DNA of 64,000 nt from Bacilli bacterium (lineage in GTDB: Bacteria; Bacillota_I; Bacilli_A; RF39; UBA660). This document shows positions 48,743 through 59,992 of the stretch, piece after piece. Under the pieces are notes generated by a model. That model was not told the DNA's origin. It did no database searches and was given only the letters and a program-made list of their open reading frames with translations. The first letter of the stretch is position 1. Each line of letters begins with the position of its first letter. The DNA lies in assembly GCA_017409025.1 (NCBI GenBank), contig JAFQTN010000005.1:12650-76649 (forward strand), given 5' to 3'. The position numbers and the translations under genes were made by a program.

Positions 48743-49462
48743 ATGAATATGTTTGATAAATACACATCCAATTACGACATGAATGACCCAGACATTAACT
48801 ATAAATATTACCATAGTTACAGAGTTATGGAAATCATGGAAAAGTTAGCTATAACACTAAATTTATCCCCAAAAGATATTGAATTAGCAAAAGTAATTGG
48901 CTTACTTCATGATATTGGAAGATTTGAACAAGATAAACTATATGATAGTTTTAAAGATGGAAAATTTGATCATGGAGATTATGGGGAAAAGTTATTAAAA
49001 GAAACAAATTTTTTGAAGCACTTTGATATTCTAGAGGAAGACTATGAAGTAGTATATAAAGCAGTAAAAAATCATAACAAATATGGAATCGAAAACACAC
49101 AAAATGAAAGAGAATTATTCTTTTCAAAACTAATAAAAGATGCGGATAAATTAGATATATTATATGTTCTTGGAAGTGATAAATTTGATATGCTTGAAAA
49201 AGATAATAAAGATGATATCTCTAAAGAAATAAAAGATGCATTTATTAATAATAAATTAGGAAATATAAAAGAAATAAAAACACAAAATGATAAATTGATT
49301 ATACCATTTACATATATCTATGATATCAATTTTAAAGAAAGCCTTAAAATTATTGATAAAAATAAATACTATGATAAGATATATGAAAAAATTAACAATA
49401 AAGATATTTTTAAAGAATATATAGAATATACAAATAAATATATTGCAGAAAGGATTGATTAG
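48743..49462 (+). CDS. HD-domain phosphohydrolase-family protein (paralog 2), first gene of the T-box-controlled operon
   Basis: [11 protein letters not shown] motif. The stop codon lies 1 nt before the valS ATG. Confidence 0.75.
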   Translation: MNMFDKYTSNYDMNDPDINYKYYHSYRVMEIMEKLAITLNLSPKDIELAKVIGLLHDIGRFEQDKLYDSFKDGKFDHGDYGEKLLKETNFLKHFDILEEDYEVVYKAVKNHNKYGIENTQNERELFFSKLIKDADKLDILYVLGSDKFDMLEKDNKDDISKEIKDAFINNKLGNIKEIKTQNDKLIIPFTYIYDINFKESLKIIDKNKYYDKIYEKINNKDIFKEYIEYTNKYIAERID

Positions 49463-49463
49463 A

Positions 49464-51995
49464 ATGTTAGATAAAAAATATAATCATATAGATGTAGAAA
49501 AAGATAAATATCAAGAATGGAAAACAAAAGGGTATTTTAATTCTGGAGATTTATCAAAAGAACCATTTTGTATAGTTATTCCACCGCCAAATGTAACAGG
49601 AAAATTACACTTAGGACATGCTTGGGATACAACCTTACAGGATATAATCATCAGATATAAAAGAATGAATGGTTATGATGCATTATGGCTACCAGGAATG
49701 GACCATGCCGCAATAGCCACAGAAACAAAAGTCGTAGGAAAATTAAAAGAACAAGGAATAAAAAAATCTGATTTAACAAGACAAGAATTTTTAGATGAAT
49801 GTTGGAAGTGGACTGATGAATATTCTGAAAATATCAGAAATCAATGGGCTAAATTAGGACTTTCAGTTGACTATAGTAAAGAAGCATTTACATTAGATGA
49901 AAATTTAACAAAAGCTGTAAAAACTGTATTCTTAAAATTATATGAACAAGGACTTATATATAGAGGAGAAAGAATAATTAACTGGGACCCTCAAGCTAAA
50001 ACAGCCCTATCTAATGAAGAAGTAATTTACAAAGATGTAGAAGGAGCTTTCTACCACTTAAAATATTTTATCGAAGATTCTGAAGAATTTTTAGAAGTAG
50101 CTACTACAAGACCAGAAACTCTATTTGGTGATACTGCCGTAGCAGTTAATCCAGAGGATACTAGATATAAACATTTAATAGGAAAAAATGTAATTCTTCC
50201 AATATTGAATAAAAAAATTCCTATCATTGCTGATGAACATGCCGATATGGAATTTGGAACAGGTGTTGTTAAAATAACTCCCGCTCATGACCCAAATGAC
50301 TTTGAAGTTGGTAATAGACACAACTTAGAAAGAATTATTGTCATGAATGAAGATGCTACTATGAATGAATATACTGGCATTTATAATGGAATGGATAGAT
50401 TTGCATGTAGAGAAAAACTACTTGAAGACTTAAAAGAACAAGACCTATTAATTGAAATAGAAAAAATAACTCATAACGTTGGACATTCAGAAAGAACAGG
50501 TGTTATGGTTGAACCATATTTATCTAAACAATGGTTCGTAGATATGAAAAAATTATCTAGCCAAGTACTAGAAAATCAAAAAAATAAAGATACAAAAGTA
50601 AACTTTGTACCTTCAAGATTTGAAAAAATATTAAATCATTGGATGGAAGATTGCCATGATTGGTGTATCTCAAGACAATTATATTGGGGGCATCAAATTC
50701 CAGCTTGGTATAAAGGTGAAGAAATATACGTAGGTATGGAAGCACCAACTGAAGAAGGATGGATTCAAGATAACGATGTATTAGATACATGGTTTTCATC
50801 AGCATTATGGCCATTCGCTACTTTAGGATGGCCAGAAGAGACAGATGATTATAAAAGATATTTCCCAACTGATGTATTAGTAACTGGATATGATATTATC
50901 TTCTTCTGGGTATGTAGAATGGTATTCCAATCACTTGAATTTACTAAAGTAAGGCCATTTAAAGATTGCCTAATTCATGGACTTATAAGAGACAAAGAAG
51001 GAAGAAAAATGTCTAAGAGTCTAGGAAATGGTGTAGACCCAATGGATGTTATCGAAGAATATGGATGTGACTCACTAAGATATTTCATAACAACATCATC
51101 AGCACCAGGACAAGATTTAAGATATGATGAAGAAAAAGTAAAATCTACATGGAATTTTATCAATAAATTATGGAATGCATCAAGATTCGTATTAATGAAT
51201 ATTGAAGATTTAAAAGAAACAGATTTAAAAGAATTAAATATTCATGATAAATGGATACTAACAAAATATTCTGAAACTATCAAAAAAGTAAAAAAACATA
51301 TGGATAAATATGAATTCAATATCGTGGGAAGCACATTATATGATTTTATTTGGGATAATTTCTGTGATAAATATATTGAAATGTCAAAATTCACTAGCGA
51401 TACAACTGCTACAAAGAGTACTCTATATGTAGTACTAACTGGAATTATCAAAATGTTACATCCATTTATGCCATATGTAACTGAAGAAATATATAAAATG
51501 TTACCAATTAAAGAAGAAGAATCTATTATGATATCTAATTATCCTAAATATGATAAAAAATTAGTATTTGAAACAAATGAAGTAGATAATGCCCTAGAAT
51601 TTATTACACTATTTAGAAATAAGAAAAAAGAATTAAATATTAAAGATTTTTCTATCATTAGCCATGTTGATAATAAAGAAATAGAAGTATTATTATTAAA
51701 TATGTTAAAACTAAATGATAAACAAAATAATAATAATTATGAATTAACGCAAGAAATTAAACTAAATAATCTACATATAGATATTTTATATAATGATGAA
51801 ATAGACCACGAATTAGAAAGAGAAAATTTACTTAAAGAAAAAGAAAAATTAACATCATCTATAGAAAGAAGAAAAAAATTATTATCTAACGAAAATTATG
51901 TAAATAAAGCTCCTGCTAATGTCGTAGAAAATGATTGTATACAACTAGAAAAAGAAGAACAAAAACTAGAAGAAATATTATCAAAATTAAACTAA
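49464..51995 (+). CDS. valS: Valyl-tRNA synthetase
   Basis: [13 protein letters not shown] (HIGH) and KMSKS motifs, and a C-terminal coiled coil. The ATG at 49464 is preferred over 49443. Confidence 0.95.
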   Translation: MLDKKYNHIDVEKDKYQEWKTKGYFNSGDLSKEPFCIVIPPPNVTGKLHLGHAWDTTLQDIIIRYKRMNGYDALWLPGMDHAAIATETKVVGKLKEQGIKKSDLTRQEFLDECWKWTDEYSENIRNQWAKLGLSVDYSKEAFTLDENLTKAVKTVFLKLYEQGLIYRGERIINWDPQAKTALSNEEVIYKDVEGAFYHLKYFIEDSEEFLEVATTRPETLFGDTAVAVNPEDTRYKHLIGKNVILPILNKKIPIIADEHADMEFGTGVVKITPAHDPNDFEVGNRHNLERIIVMNEDATMNEYTGIYNGMDRFACREKLLEDLKEQDLLIEIEKITHNVGHSERTGVMVEPYLSKQWFVDMKKLSSQVLENQKNKDTKVNFVPSRFEKILNHWMEDCHDWCISRQLYWGHQIPAWYKGEEIYVGMEAPTEEGWIQDNDVLDTWFSSALWPFATLGWPEETDDYKRYFPTDVLVTGYDIIFFWVCRMVFQSLEFTKVRPFKDCLIHGLIRDKEGRKMSKSLGNGVDPMDVIEEYGCDSLRYFITTSSAPGQDLRYDEEKVKSTWNFINKLWNASRFVLMNIEDLKETDLKELNIHDKWILTKYSETIKKVKKHMDKYEFNIVGSTLYDFIWDNFCDKYIEMSKFTSDTTATKSTLYVVLTGIIKMLHPFMPYVTEEIYKMLPIKEEESIMISNYPKYDKKLVFETNEVDNALEFITLFRNKKKELNIKDFSIISHVDNKEIEVLLLNMLKLNDKQNNNNYELTQEIKLNNLHIDILYNDEIDHELERENLLKEKEKLTSSIERRKKLLSNENYVNKAPANVVENDCIQLEKEEQKLEEILSKLN

Positions 51996-52094
51996 ATTAT
52001 ACTAAAAAGAGTTAAAAAACTCTTTTTTTATATGTAATAAAATAGTTCTTATAATAATTAAATAGCATATTTATAATAATAAAGGATACTATTT

Positions 52095-52838
52095 ATGAAA
52101 AAAAAGATAATGAATGTAAATATAAATTATTATTTCTCAAATATAAGTTCAGAAAAGACTATCGTTTTATTACATGGCTGGGGACAAAATATAGAAATGA
52201 TGAAACATATAGGTAATAAATATTTGAATGAATTTAACGTATTAATAATAGATCTTCCCGGTTTTGGAGAAAGTGATGAACCCCCATATTCATGGAGTAT
52301 ATATGAATATGTTGAATGTATCAAAAAACTAATTGACTATCTAAATATTGATAAAATTTTTTTAATTGGTCATTCTTTTGGTGGAAGAATATCTTTAATT
52401 TATGCATCTATTTATAAAGTAGAAAAACTAGTATGTCTAGCAAGCCCGTATTGTAAAGAAATAACTAAATTACCATTAAAAATAAGAATATATAAGAAAG
52501 TTAAAAAAATACCTAGGTTATCTTGGTTAGCCAATATAATGAAAAATCTAATAGGATCATCTGATTATAAAAATGCAAGTGATGTAATGAGAGGTATTCT
52601 AGTTAAATCTATTAACGTAGAAATGGAAGAATATATAAAAAAAATAAACTGTCCAACACTACTAGTATGGGGCACAAACGATACGGCTGTTCCAATAAAA
52701 AGAGCCTACGAATTAGAAAAACTAATAAAAGATTCAGCAGTAATCAAATATGAAGGTGCCTCCCATTATGCATATTTAGAAAGACTTAATAACCTAATTC
52801 CTGTATTAGATTCATTCTTTAATGTAAGGAGGCATTAA
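52095..52838 (+). CDS. Alpha/beta-fold hydrolase
   Basis: HGWGQN and the GHSFGG nucleophile elbow, with a C-terminal His. Confidence 0.8.
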   Translation: MKKKIMNVNINYYFSNISSEKTIVLLHGWGQNIEMMKHIGNKYLNEFNVLIIDLPGFGESDEPPYSWSIYEYVECIKKLIDYLNIDKIFLIGHSFGGRISLIYASIYKVEKLVCLASPYCKEITKLPLKIRIYKKVKKIPRLSWLANIMKNLIGSSDYKNASDVMRGILVKSINVEMEEYIKKINCPTLLVWGTNDTAVPIKRAYELEKLIKDSAVIKYEGASHYAYLERLNNLIPVLDSFFNVRRH

Positions 52839-54418
52839 TGAAAATTATAATTATTATTTTATCTTCTTTATTTTACTTAATGTTAGAACTCAAAAAAAAT
52901 ATCCATATGTTACAACAAAACTTCTACAACGAAAATAATAGATATCTAAAATGGGGAATAAAAAACATATCAAATATATTAGATTATAAAAGTATATTAA
53001 TTCTTATATTAAACTTAATAAATTTATTCTTCCAAAAAGAAATCCTATTATATGTAAATATTCTATATTTAGGACTATACTTATGTGAAAAGAAAAGAGA
53101 AAAAAATACTTACTATAAAATACCATTAAAATGTACAAAAAGAGTAAAAAGATTATATATAACTAATATAATATTATATTTATCATTAATAGCTATATAT
53201 AATCTTACTAAAAAGATATATTTATTTACTTTCATATATTCACTATATATATCTATATCTTTCTTAGTAGTATACTTATCAAATATTATCAATATTCCCA
53301 TAGAAAAAATAGTATTTAACCACTATAAAAATAAAGCAGTAAACAAATTAAGTAAACAAACTAATTTAGAAGTTATAGGAATAACAGGAAGCTATGGTAA
53401 AACAAGTAGCAAAAGTATTTTAAATGAAATTTTAAGTGTTAAATATAATCCTATAGCAACTCCCAAAAACTTTAATACTCAATATGGGTTAATAATCACA
53501 ATTAATAACTATATAAATAAATTTCATGATTTATTTATTGCAGAAATGGGTGCCTTCAAATTAGGTCGTATCAAAATATTATGTAATCTAGTAAAACCTA
53601 AATATGGTATCATTACAAGAATTGGTGATTCCCATTTAGAAACTTTCGGCAGTAGAGAAAACATTCAAAAAGGTAAGTTTGAACTTATTGAGTCTCTTCC
53701 TAGTGAAGGCCTTGCCATCTTAAATATGGATGACGAATATCAAGTAAACTATAAATTAAAAAATAAAAGCAACGTTAAATGGATTTCAATTGATAACAAA
53801 GAAGCAGATATCATAGCTAGTGATATTAAAATGGATGCAAATGGAATGAGTTTTAATGTATATTTTAAAGAAGATAATCTTAATCAAAGATTTTATACAA
53901 AATTATTAGGAACTTCTAATATCTATAACATCCTAGGAGCAATTACCCTAGCTTATCATAAAAATATGACTTTAGAAGAAATTGATATTGGAATAAGAAA
54001 AATTAAACCAGTTCCTCACAGACTAGAATTAAAGAAAAATAAAGACAACATAATCATTGATGATAGTTATAATTCTAATCCAATAGGATCTAAAATGGCC
54101 TTAGATGTATTAAGTTTAATGAACGGTATTAAAATAGTTGTTACCCCTGGAATGATAGAACTAGGAGATAAACAATATGAATTAAATAAAAAATTTGGAG
54201 AATATATTTCTAATGTAGCAAACTACGTTATTTTAGTAGGCCAAAAACAAACAAAACCAATCTTAGATGGTTTGAAAGAAAAGAAATATAAAGAAGAAAA
54301 TATCTTTATTATAAATGATGTAAGAGAAGCCTTCAAAATAATCGATGGAATAAATACGAAAGGAAAAAAATATATATTATTGGAAAACGATTTACCAGAC
54401 ATATTTAATGAAAATTAA
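52838..54418 (+). CDS. MurF-like Mur ligase with ~170-aa polytopic membrane N-terminal region
   Basis: About 4 hydrophobic segments (aa 1-160), then GITGSYGKTSSK, a TRIGDSHLETFGS region, and DDSYNSNP. The start overlaps the upstream stop (TAATG). Confidence 0.8.
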   Translation: MKIIIIILSSLFYLMLELKKNIHMLQQNFYNENNRYLKWGIKNISNILDYKSILILILNLINLFFQKEILLYVNILYLGLYLCEKKREKNTYYKIPLKCTKRVKRLYITNIILYLSLIAIYNLTKKIYLFTFIYSLYISISFLVVYLSNIINIPIEKIVFNHYKNKAVNKLSKQTNLEVIGITGSYGKTSSKSILNEILSVKYNPIATPKNFNTQYGLIITINNYINKFHDLFIAEMGAFKLGRIKILCNLVKPKYGIITRIGDSHLETFGSRENIQKGKFELIESLPSEGLAILNMDDEYQVNYKLKNKSNVKWISIDNKEADIIASDIKMDANGMSFNVYFKEDNLNQRFYTKLLGTSNIYNILGAITLAYHKNMTLEEIDIGIRKIKPVPHRLELKKNKDNIIIDDSYNSNPIGSKMALDVLSLMNGIKIVVTPGMIELGDKQYELNKKFGEYISNVANYVILVGQKQTKPILDGLKEKKYKEENIFIINDVREAFKIIDGINTKGKKYILLENDLPDIFNEN

Positions 54419-54432
54419 AGGGGTGTTCATAT

Positions 54433-55602
54433 ATGAAATTAAAAATTGGTGTTATCTTTGGTGGTAAAAGTGTAGAACATGAAGTAAGTATTATTTCTGC
54501 CATCCAAGCAATAAATAATATAGATAAAGATAAATACAATATTGTTCCTATATATATATCAAAAGAAAAAGAACTATATACTGGAAAAAACTTACTTAAA
54601 ATAGAAAACTATAAAGATTTACAAGAAATTAAAAAAGTTTCTAAAGCTGTAACTCTATGTAAAATTAATAATGAATTCTGCCTATTATCATTAACAGGAC
54701 TAAGAAAAGTAGTAGACAAAATAGATGTTGCTTTCCCAATAGTTCATGGTGCGGGAGTAGAAGATGGTTCATTAGCAGGTTATCTAGATACTATTGGCGT
54801 TCCTTATGTAGGAAGTCGAGTTCTAGGTTCAGCATTAGGGCAAGATAAAGTTATTCTAAAATATGTACTAAAAGCTAATGATATTCCAGTTACTGACTTT
54901 GTATGGTTTTATGATAGTGAATATCTAGTATCAAAAGACACATATTTAAAACAAATAAAAGAAATGGGTTATCCCGTAGTAGTAAAACCAGCATCTCTTG
55001 GTAGCAGTGTTGGTATAACCTATGTAAAAGATGAAGATTCTATTGATAAAGCTATCGAAGAAGCTTTTGAATATGATAGAAAAATTTTAGTAGAAAAGGC
55101 AGTTGACAATCTAGTAGAAGTTAACTGTAGCGTTCTGGGAAATTATCATCATCAAGAAGTAAGCATTCTAGAAGAAGTTATCAGTAGTAGCGATATTTTA
55201 ACTTACCAAGATAAATATATTGGTCATAGAAAAATGAAAGGTCCTTCTAAGGGAATGGTCAATACCGATAGAAGAATCCCTGCCAATATAGATGAATGTT
55301 TACAAAAAGAAATTAAAGATTTAAGTATATTAACATTTAAAGCCCTAAATCTTAGCGGAGTTTGCAGAATAGATTATCTAATCGATAGTAAGAAAAATAA
55401 AGTATATGTTAATGAACCTAATATTATTCCTGGTTCACTATCATTCTATCTATGGGAACCAATTGGTAAAAAATATCAAGAATTATTAGATGACTTAATA
55501 AAACAAGCAATAGATGAATATAAAATAAGTAACAAAAAAGTATCTCATTTTCAAACAAATATATTAGAAAATTTTGAAGGTACTAAAGGAATAAAAAAAT
55601 AA
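54433..55602 (+). CDS. ddl: D-alanine--D-alanine ligase family protein (long form, 389 aa)
   Basis: GVIFGGKSVEHEVS, HGAGVEDGSLAG, and an ATP-grasp core VVVKPASLGSSVG and NEPNIIPG. There is an insertion, GHRKMKGPSKGMVNTDRR. Confidence 0.88.
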   Translation: MKLKIGVIFGGKSVEHEVSIISAIQAINNIDKDKYNIVPIYISKEKELYTGKNLLKIENYKDLQEIKKVSKAVTLCKINNEFCLLSLTGLRKVVDKIDVAFPIVHGAGVEDGSLAGYLDTIGVPYVGSRVLGSALGQDKVILKYVLKANDIPVTDFVWFYDSEYLVSKDTYLKQIKEMGYPVVVKPASLGSSVGITYVKDEDSIDKAIEEAFEYDRKILVEKAVDNLVEVNCSVLGNYHHQEVSILEEVISSSDILTYQDKYIGHRKMKGPSKGMVNTDRRIPANIDECLQKEIKDLSILTFKALNLSGVCRIDYLIDSKKNKVYVNEPNIIPGSLSFYLWEPIGKKYQELLDDLIKQAIDEYKISNKKVSHFQTNILENFEGTKGIKK

Positions 55603-55662
55603 AAATTAAATATGGAATACATATGTATTCCTTTTTTTGTCAATAATATAACTGGTGATTTT

Positions 55663-56337
55663 ATGAACGAAATAACAAATGTTATAACAAGAACCCTAAT
55701 TGTCTTAATCATAATATTTATCTCATTTAAGTTAATGGGAAAAAAACAAGTATCTCAAATGAGTATGTTTGACTATATTACCGGTATAACTATTGGATCA
55801 ATTGTTGCAGACATATCTCTTGATATAGATAAAAATCTTATAGCAGGATTAGTATCACTATTAATATACTGTATTACTGATATACTCGTATCCATTCTAA
55901 GTTTAAAAAGTGTTAACCTAAGAAATTTCTTTAATAGTAAAGAAGTACCTCTTATTATAAATGGCAAAATCAATAGAGAAAATATGTCTAAAAACAAAAT
56001 AACTATTAATATTTTACAAACAGAAGCTAGACTAATGGGTTATTTTGACTTAGATGAAATAAATAATGCTATTCTAGAACCAAATGGTATGATCAGTTTT
56101 GAACCAAAAGATAAAGAAAAACCAGCTACTAAAAAAGATATGGGAATAAAATCTAATAATAAAGGTTTGGTATACAATCTAATCATAGATGGTAAAATAT
56201 TAAAAGATAATCTAGAACATGCTAAAAAGACAGAAAAATGGCTTAAACATGAATTAAAAGTATTGGGTAAAAAACTAGAAGATATCCTTCTACTAACAAT
56301 CGATGGTGAAGAAAAAATAAATTTTTATACAAAATAA
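55663..56337 (+). CDS. DUF421 (YetF-like) membrane protein
   Basis: GKKQVSQMSMFDYITGITIGSI motif. Confidence 0.7.
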   Translation: MNEITNVITRTLIVLIIIFISFKLMGKKQVSQMSMFDYITGITIGSIVADISLDIDKNLIAGLVSLLIYCITDILVSILSLKSVNLRNFFNSKEVPLIINGKINRENMSKNKITINILQTEARLMGYFDLDEINNAILEPNGMISFEPKDKEKPATKKDMGIKSNNKGLVYNLIIDGKILKDNLEHAKKTEKWLKHELKVLGKKLEDILLLTIDGEEKINFYTK

Positions 56338-56375
56338 AAGTTATATATAGGAATAATTCCCAATATATAACTTTT

Positions 56376-56915
56376 TTATTTATTATTATATTCTTTCTTT
56401 GTTATATTCATGTAAATTTCATCTTCATATTTACCATCAAAATAACGACTTTCTTTCCATACACCAAAAGTTTTAAAACCACACTTTTCATATGCTTTAA
56501 TTGCTCTTTTGTTTCTTGCGAATACCTTAAGCATAATATTATTTAAATTAACATGATTAAAAGCATAATCCAAAATTAACATAATAGCTTCACTACCATA
56601 ACCTTTTGAATGATAATTTTCATCTCCAATAAATATTCCAAGTTCAGCAGTCCTATTAACTTCATGAATTTTCATTAAACTAATATTTCCGATAAGCATA
56701 TCGTTTTCCATATCGACAATAGCAAAATTATATTTTTCAGCTGTAGCTTTTTCTAACCATGCTTTTTCAGATTCAATAGAAACAATTGAACAATAATTTC
56801 CAATATTCTTAGCAACAACATCACTGTTCATCCATTCTGCATATTTTAAATAATCTTCACTATTCATCGGCGATAAATAAATTCTCTTTCCAACAATCTT
56901 TTTAAAATATTTCAT
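56376..56915 (-). CDS. GNAT-family N-acetyltransferase (RimJ/RimL-like)
   Basis: Motif-A region HSKGYGSEA...NKRAIKAYEKCGF. Confidence 0.85.
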   Translation of the reverse strand: MKYFKKIVGKRIYLSPMNSEDYLKYAEWMNSDVVAKNIGNYCSIVSIESEKAWLEKATAEKYNFAIVDMENDMLIGNISLMKIHEVNRTAELGIFIGDENYHSKGYGSEAIMLILDYAFNHVNLNNIMLKVFARNKRAIKAYEKCGFKTFGVWKESRYFDGKYEDEIYMNITKKEYNNK

Positions 56916-57072
56916 AAATCCTCCTTTCTGTGATGTGTATCAAAAAAAGACACAAAATCACTATAGTTAGTGACTCCGTATCTTATACGTGTAGGCATAT
57001 ACCCTATATAGCTAGATATATAAATATCATATATATACTCACAAAACTTAAATTTATTATAACAATAAATTA

Positions 57073-59214
57073 CTAAATGTCAAGATTAATTCTTAAACTA
57101 TTAACCCCCATATCATAATATTTAGTATTATAATTATCTCTTTTCTTATAATTATATATATACATTAAATTATTCTTAGTAATAACTCTATAATTATTTT
57201 TAAACATATCTCTTAAATATATCTTATCATTACCAAAATATTTATTTAAACTAAATTTAGATATCATCACTTCTTCATAAGCATTAACTATTAATTCTAC
57301 ATTTGGATGTTTTCCATATCTTTGATGATAATTATCTATAATATCTTTAATTTGACTATCATTAAGTTCATAAGATAAAGTGATCTTTCTAGCACCAAGA
57401 GAATGTAAGAAAGCAACCGTATATGAATTAACTACGTTCAAAGAAAAATCTGTGTGGGCATTCTTTAATTTATTAAATGCTCCAATTTCACCAATCATCA
57501 CAACCTTATCACTATTCACATACCCTTCAATAACTCTAGGTAACTTATATATAGTCTTATCATTAATAAATTCACTATAAACAATATCATATTTTCTATC
57601 TAAATTATTATACTTATCCATATCATTAACTAAACAAGTAACTAATCTTTCTTTCTTAAAATCAGGAACATCTATATAATATTCGCACTTCTTAAAATCA
57701 CTCTTATATAAACGTAACTCATTTAATTTATCAATTGCCTTTCTTCTAAGTTCATTAATCTCTTTAATAGGAATAAATATATTATTATCAATATCAATAT
57801 CTAATTGAGAAAAACTATAAACAGTATCTCCAAGTTTACTTAACTTTTCACAAATCATATCTCTATCAACAGGTCTGTTGACAGATTCATTTACAATACT
57901 TCCTGATACAGAAACTTCATTTGCTCCGTCATTTAAAGTTAAAGACATTTCCATACCAACATGTCCTGAAAATTTACCACTAATATTAACTTTACGTAAA
58001 TTACTACTAATAATATCTTCTATATTATCACTAATTTCTTTATCCATAGTAATAACTACTATATCATCTACAAAAACATCACTATTAACTTTAATACTAA
58101 TAATATCTCCCTTTGAAGCTTTCTTTACTAAATTACCACCTACATATATTTCGTTAACACTAATACCAACATCATTTTTCTTTCCAATAACTCTAAGTCC
58201 GCTACCAATAGATATATTGTCATTAAGTTTAATTCTAGCAATTCCTTTTTTATATTCTATTACTTTTCCAACAGGAACACCCATATGATTAGGTCTATAA
58301 CCGTTTATTAAATCATTGTTACTAGTGTTAAATAAAAATCCACGAGTAAAATTTCTATTAAATATCTTTTTTAATTTTAATATCTCTTCATCATCTAATT
58401 TAACATAACCATATTTATAATAAGAATCAATTGCCCTCCTGTATAAACTAACAACCATATAAACATATTCTGGTGATTTCATTCTACCTTCAATTTTAAA
58501 ACTAGCAATACCGGCATCAATTAATTCTCCAACATGTTCTAAACTATTTAAATCTTTTGTACTAAGAGGATATTCACCTGTATTTAATTTTTTACCATTC
58601 TCATCAATAATATCATATTTAAGCCTACAACTACCAGCACAAGCTCCTCTGTTACCGCTTCTTCCTCCGATTAAACTACTCATTAAACATTGACCAGAAT
58701 AACTTATACATAAAGCTCCATGCACAAATACTTCAAGTTCTACATTAGAATTATTCTCTATCTCACGAATCGTATCTATACTAGTCTCTCTAGCTAAAAC
58801 AACTCTTTTCATTCCTAATTTTTCCATTAATAATGTACCATCTAAATTATGAATATGCATCTGTGTAGAAGCATGAATTTCTAAATTAGGAAAAGTTTTT
58901 CTCACTAAATCAAACATTCCAAAATCTTGCATTATTACAGCATCAACATTATTCTTGTGTAAAAACTCTATATATTCCATAAAACTATTTACTTCATTTT
59001 CATATATTAAAGTGTTAACTGTAACATAAACTTTAACCCCATACAAATGACAATAATTAATTGCTTCAACGATTTCATCATTATCAAAATTTTTAGAAAA
59101 TGCTCTAGCACCAAAATTAATTCCACCTAAATAAACAGCATCACACCCAGCCATAATTGCAGCTTTTAATGCTTTCATATTGCCAGCAGGTGCCAACAAT
59201 TCAACTTTTTTCAT
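57073..59214 (-). CDS. Peptidase U32 family protein (long form)
   Basis: ELLAPAGN N-terminus, EVFVHGALCISYSGQC, and GNRGACAGSCR motifs. Confidence 0.88.
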   Translation of the reverse strand: MKKVELLAPAGNMKALKAAIMAGCDAVYLGGINFGARAFSKNFDNDEIVEAINYCHLYGVKVYVTVNTLIYENEVNSFMEYIEFLHKNNVDAVIMQDFGMFDLVRKTFPNLEIHASTQMHIHNLDGTLLMEKLGMKRVVLARETSIDTIREIENNSNVELEVFVHGALCISYSGQCLMSSLIGGRSGNRGACAGSCRLKYDIIDENGKKLNTGEYPLSTKDLNSLEHVGELIDAGIASFKIEGRMKSPEYVYMVVSLYRRAIDSYYKYGYVKLDDEEILKLKKIFNRNFTRGFLFNTSNNDLINGYRPNHMGVPVGKVIEYKKGIARIKLNDNISIGSGLRVIGKKNDVGISVNEIYVGGNLVKKASKGDIISIKVNSDVFVDDIVVITMDKEISDNIEDIISSNLRKVNISGKFSGHVGMEMSLTLNDGANEVSVSGSIVNESVNRPVDRDMICEKLSKLGDTVYSFSQLDIDIDNNIFIPIKEINELRRKAIDKLNELRLYKSDFKKCEYYIDVPDFKKERLVTCLVNDMDKYNNLDRKYDIVYSEFINDKTIYKLPRVIEGYVNSDKVVMIGEIGAFNKLKNAHTDFSLNVVNSYTVAFLHSLGARKITLSYELNDSQIKDIIDNYHQRYGKHPNVELIVNAYEEVMISKFSLNKYFGNDKIYLRDMFKNNYRVITKNNLMYIYNYKKRDNYNTKYYDMGVNSLRINLDI

Positions 59215-59298
59215 AATACCACCAAATTTCACATACATTCTAACATAATATTAATAAAAAGAAAAGTCTAATATTATTAAAGATACATATATTTTAGT

Positions 59299-59961
59299 AT
59301 GAATAAATTTAAATTAATAATTATTATAGGTATGTTTTTTTCTATCATATCTATATCTAAAGTATATGCAAATATTTTTAATTACAATTTATTAGGCAAA
59401 GTAATATATCTAGATCCAGGACACGGTGGAAGAGATAGTGGTGCTATATATAAAAATATCTATGAAAAAGATATCAATCTAATAATATCTAAAAAAATAG
59501 AAAAATATCTTACAGCAAAAGGTGCAACGGTGTATTTAACAAGAGAAAGTGATATCGATTTATCTACTACTACCAAAAATAAAAAAAGAAGTGATCTATC
59601 TAATAGAGCAAAATTAATAAATGAATCAAAAGCTGATTTATATATATCAATTCACTTAAATTATATCTCTAACAGTAGATGGAAAGGATTACAAATATTT
59701 TATAACAATAAAAATAAAGAAAATGAAATAATAGCAAATACTATAACATCGTATTTAAAGAAAACAAGCAATACTATAAGAGAACCTAAAAAAGAAAATA
59801 TATATTATATGTATAAACAAATAAATACTCCAGGCATTTTAATAGAATTAGGCTTCTTATCGAATCCAAACGATAGATATAGATTAACAAAAGAAGAATA
59901 TCAAGATAAATTAGCCATATCTATATCCAATGCTATTGAAAATTATTTCATAAATAAATAA
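59299..59961 (+). CDS. cwlD: N-acetylmuramoyl-L-alanine amidase, CwlD-like (germination-specific)
   Basis: Signal anchor, DPGHGGRDSGA, SIHLN, and ELGFLSN motifs. Confidence 0.8.
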   Translation: MNKFKLIIIIGMFFSIISISKVYANIFNYNLLGKVIYLDPGHGGRDSGAIYKNIYEKDINLIISKKIEKYLTAKGATVYLTRESDIDLSTTTKNKKRSDLSNRAKLINESKADLYISIHLNYISNSRWKGLQIFYNNKNKENEIIANTITSYLKKTSNTIREPKKENIYYMYKQINTPGILIELGFLSNPNDRYRLTKEEYQDKLAISISNAIENYFINK

Positions 59962-59992
59962 AAATGTGCTATAATAACAACCAGGTGATTTT

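Noticed and set aside
56916-57072. Possible riboswitch or attenuator between the U32 peptidase and GNAT genes (imperfect hairpin GTGATGTGT...ACACAAAATCAC)
   Set aside because: There is only an imperfect stem with no adjacent T-run and no recognisable conserved riboswitch core. The evidence is insufficient.
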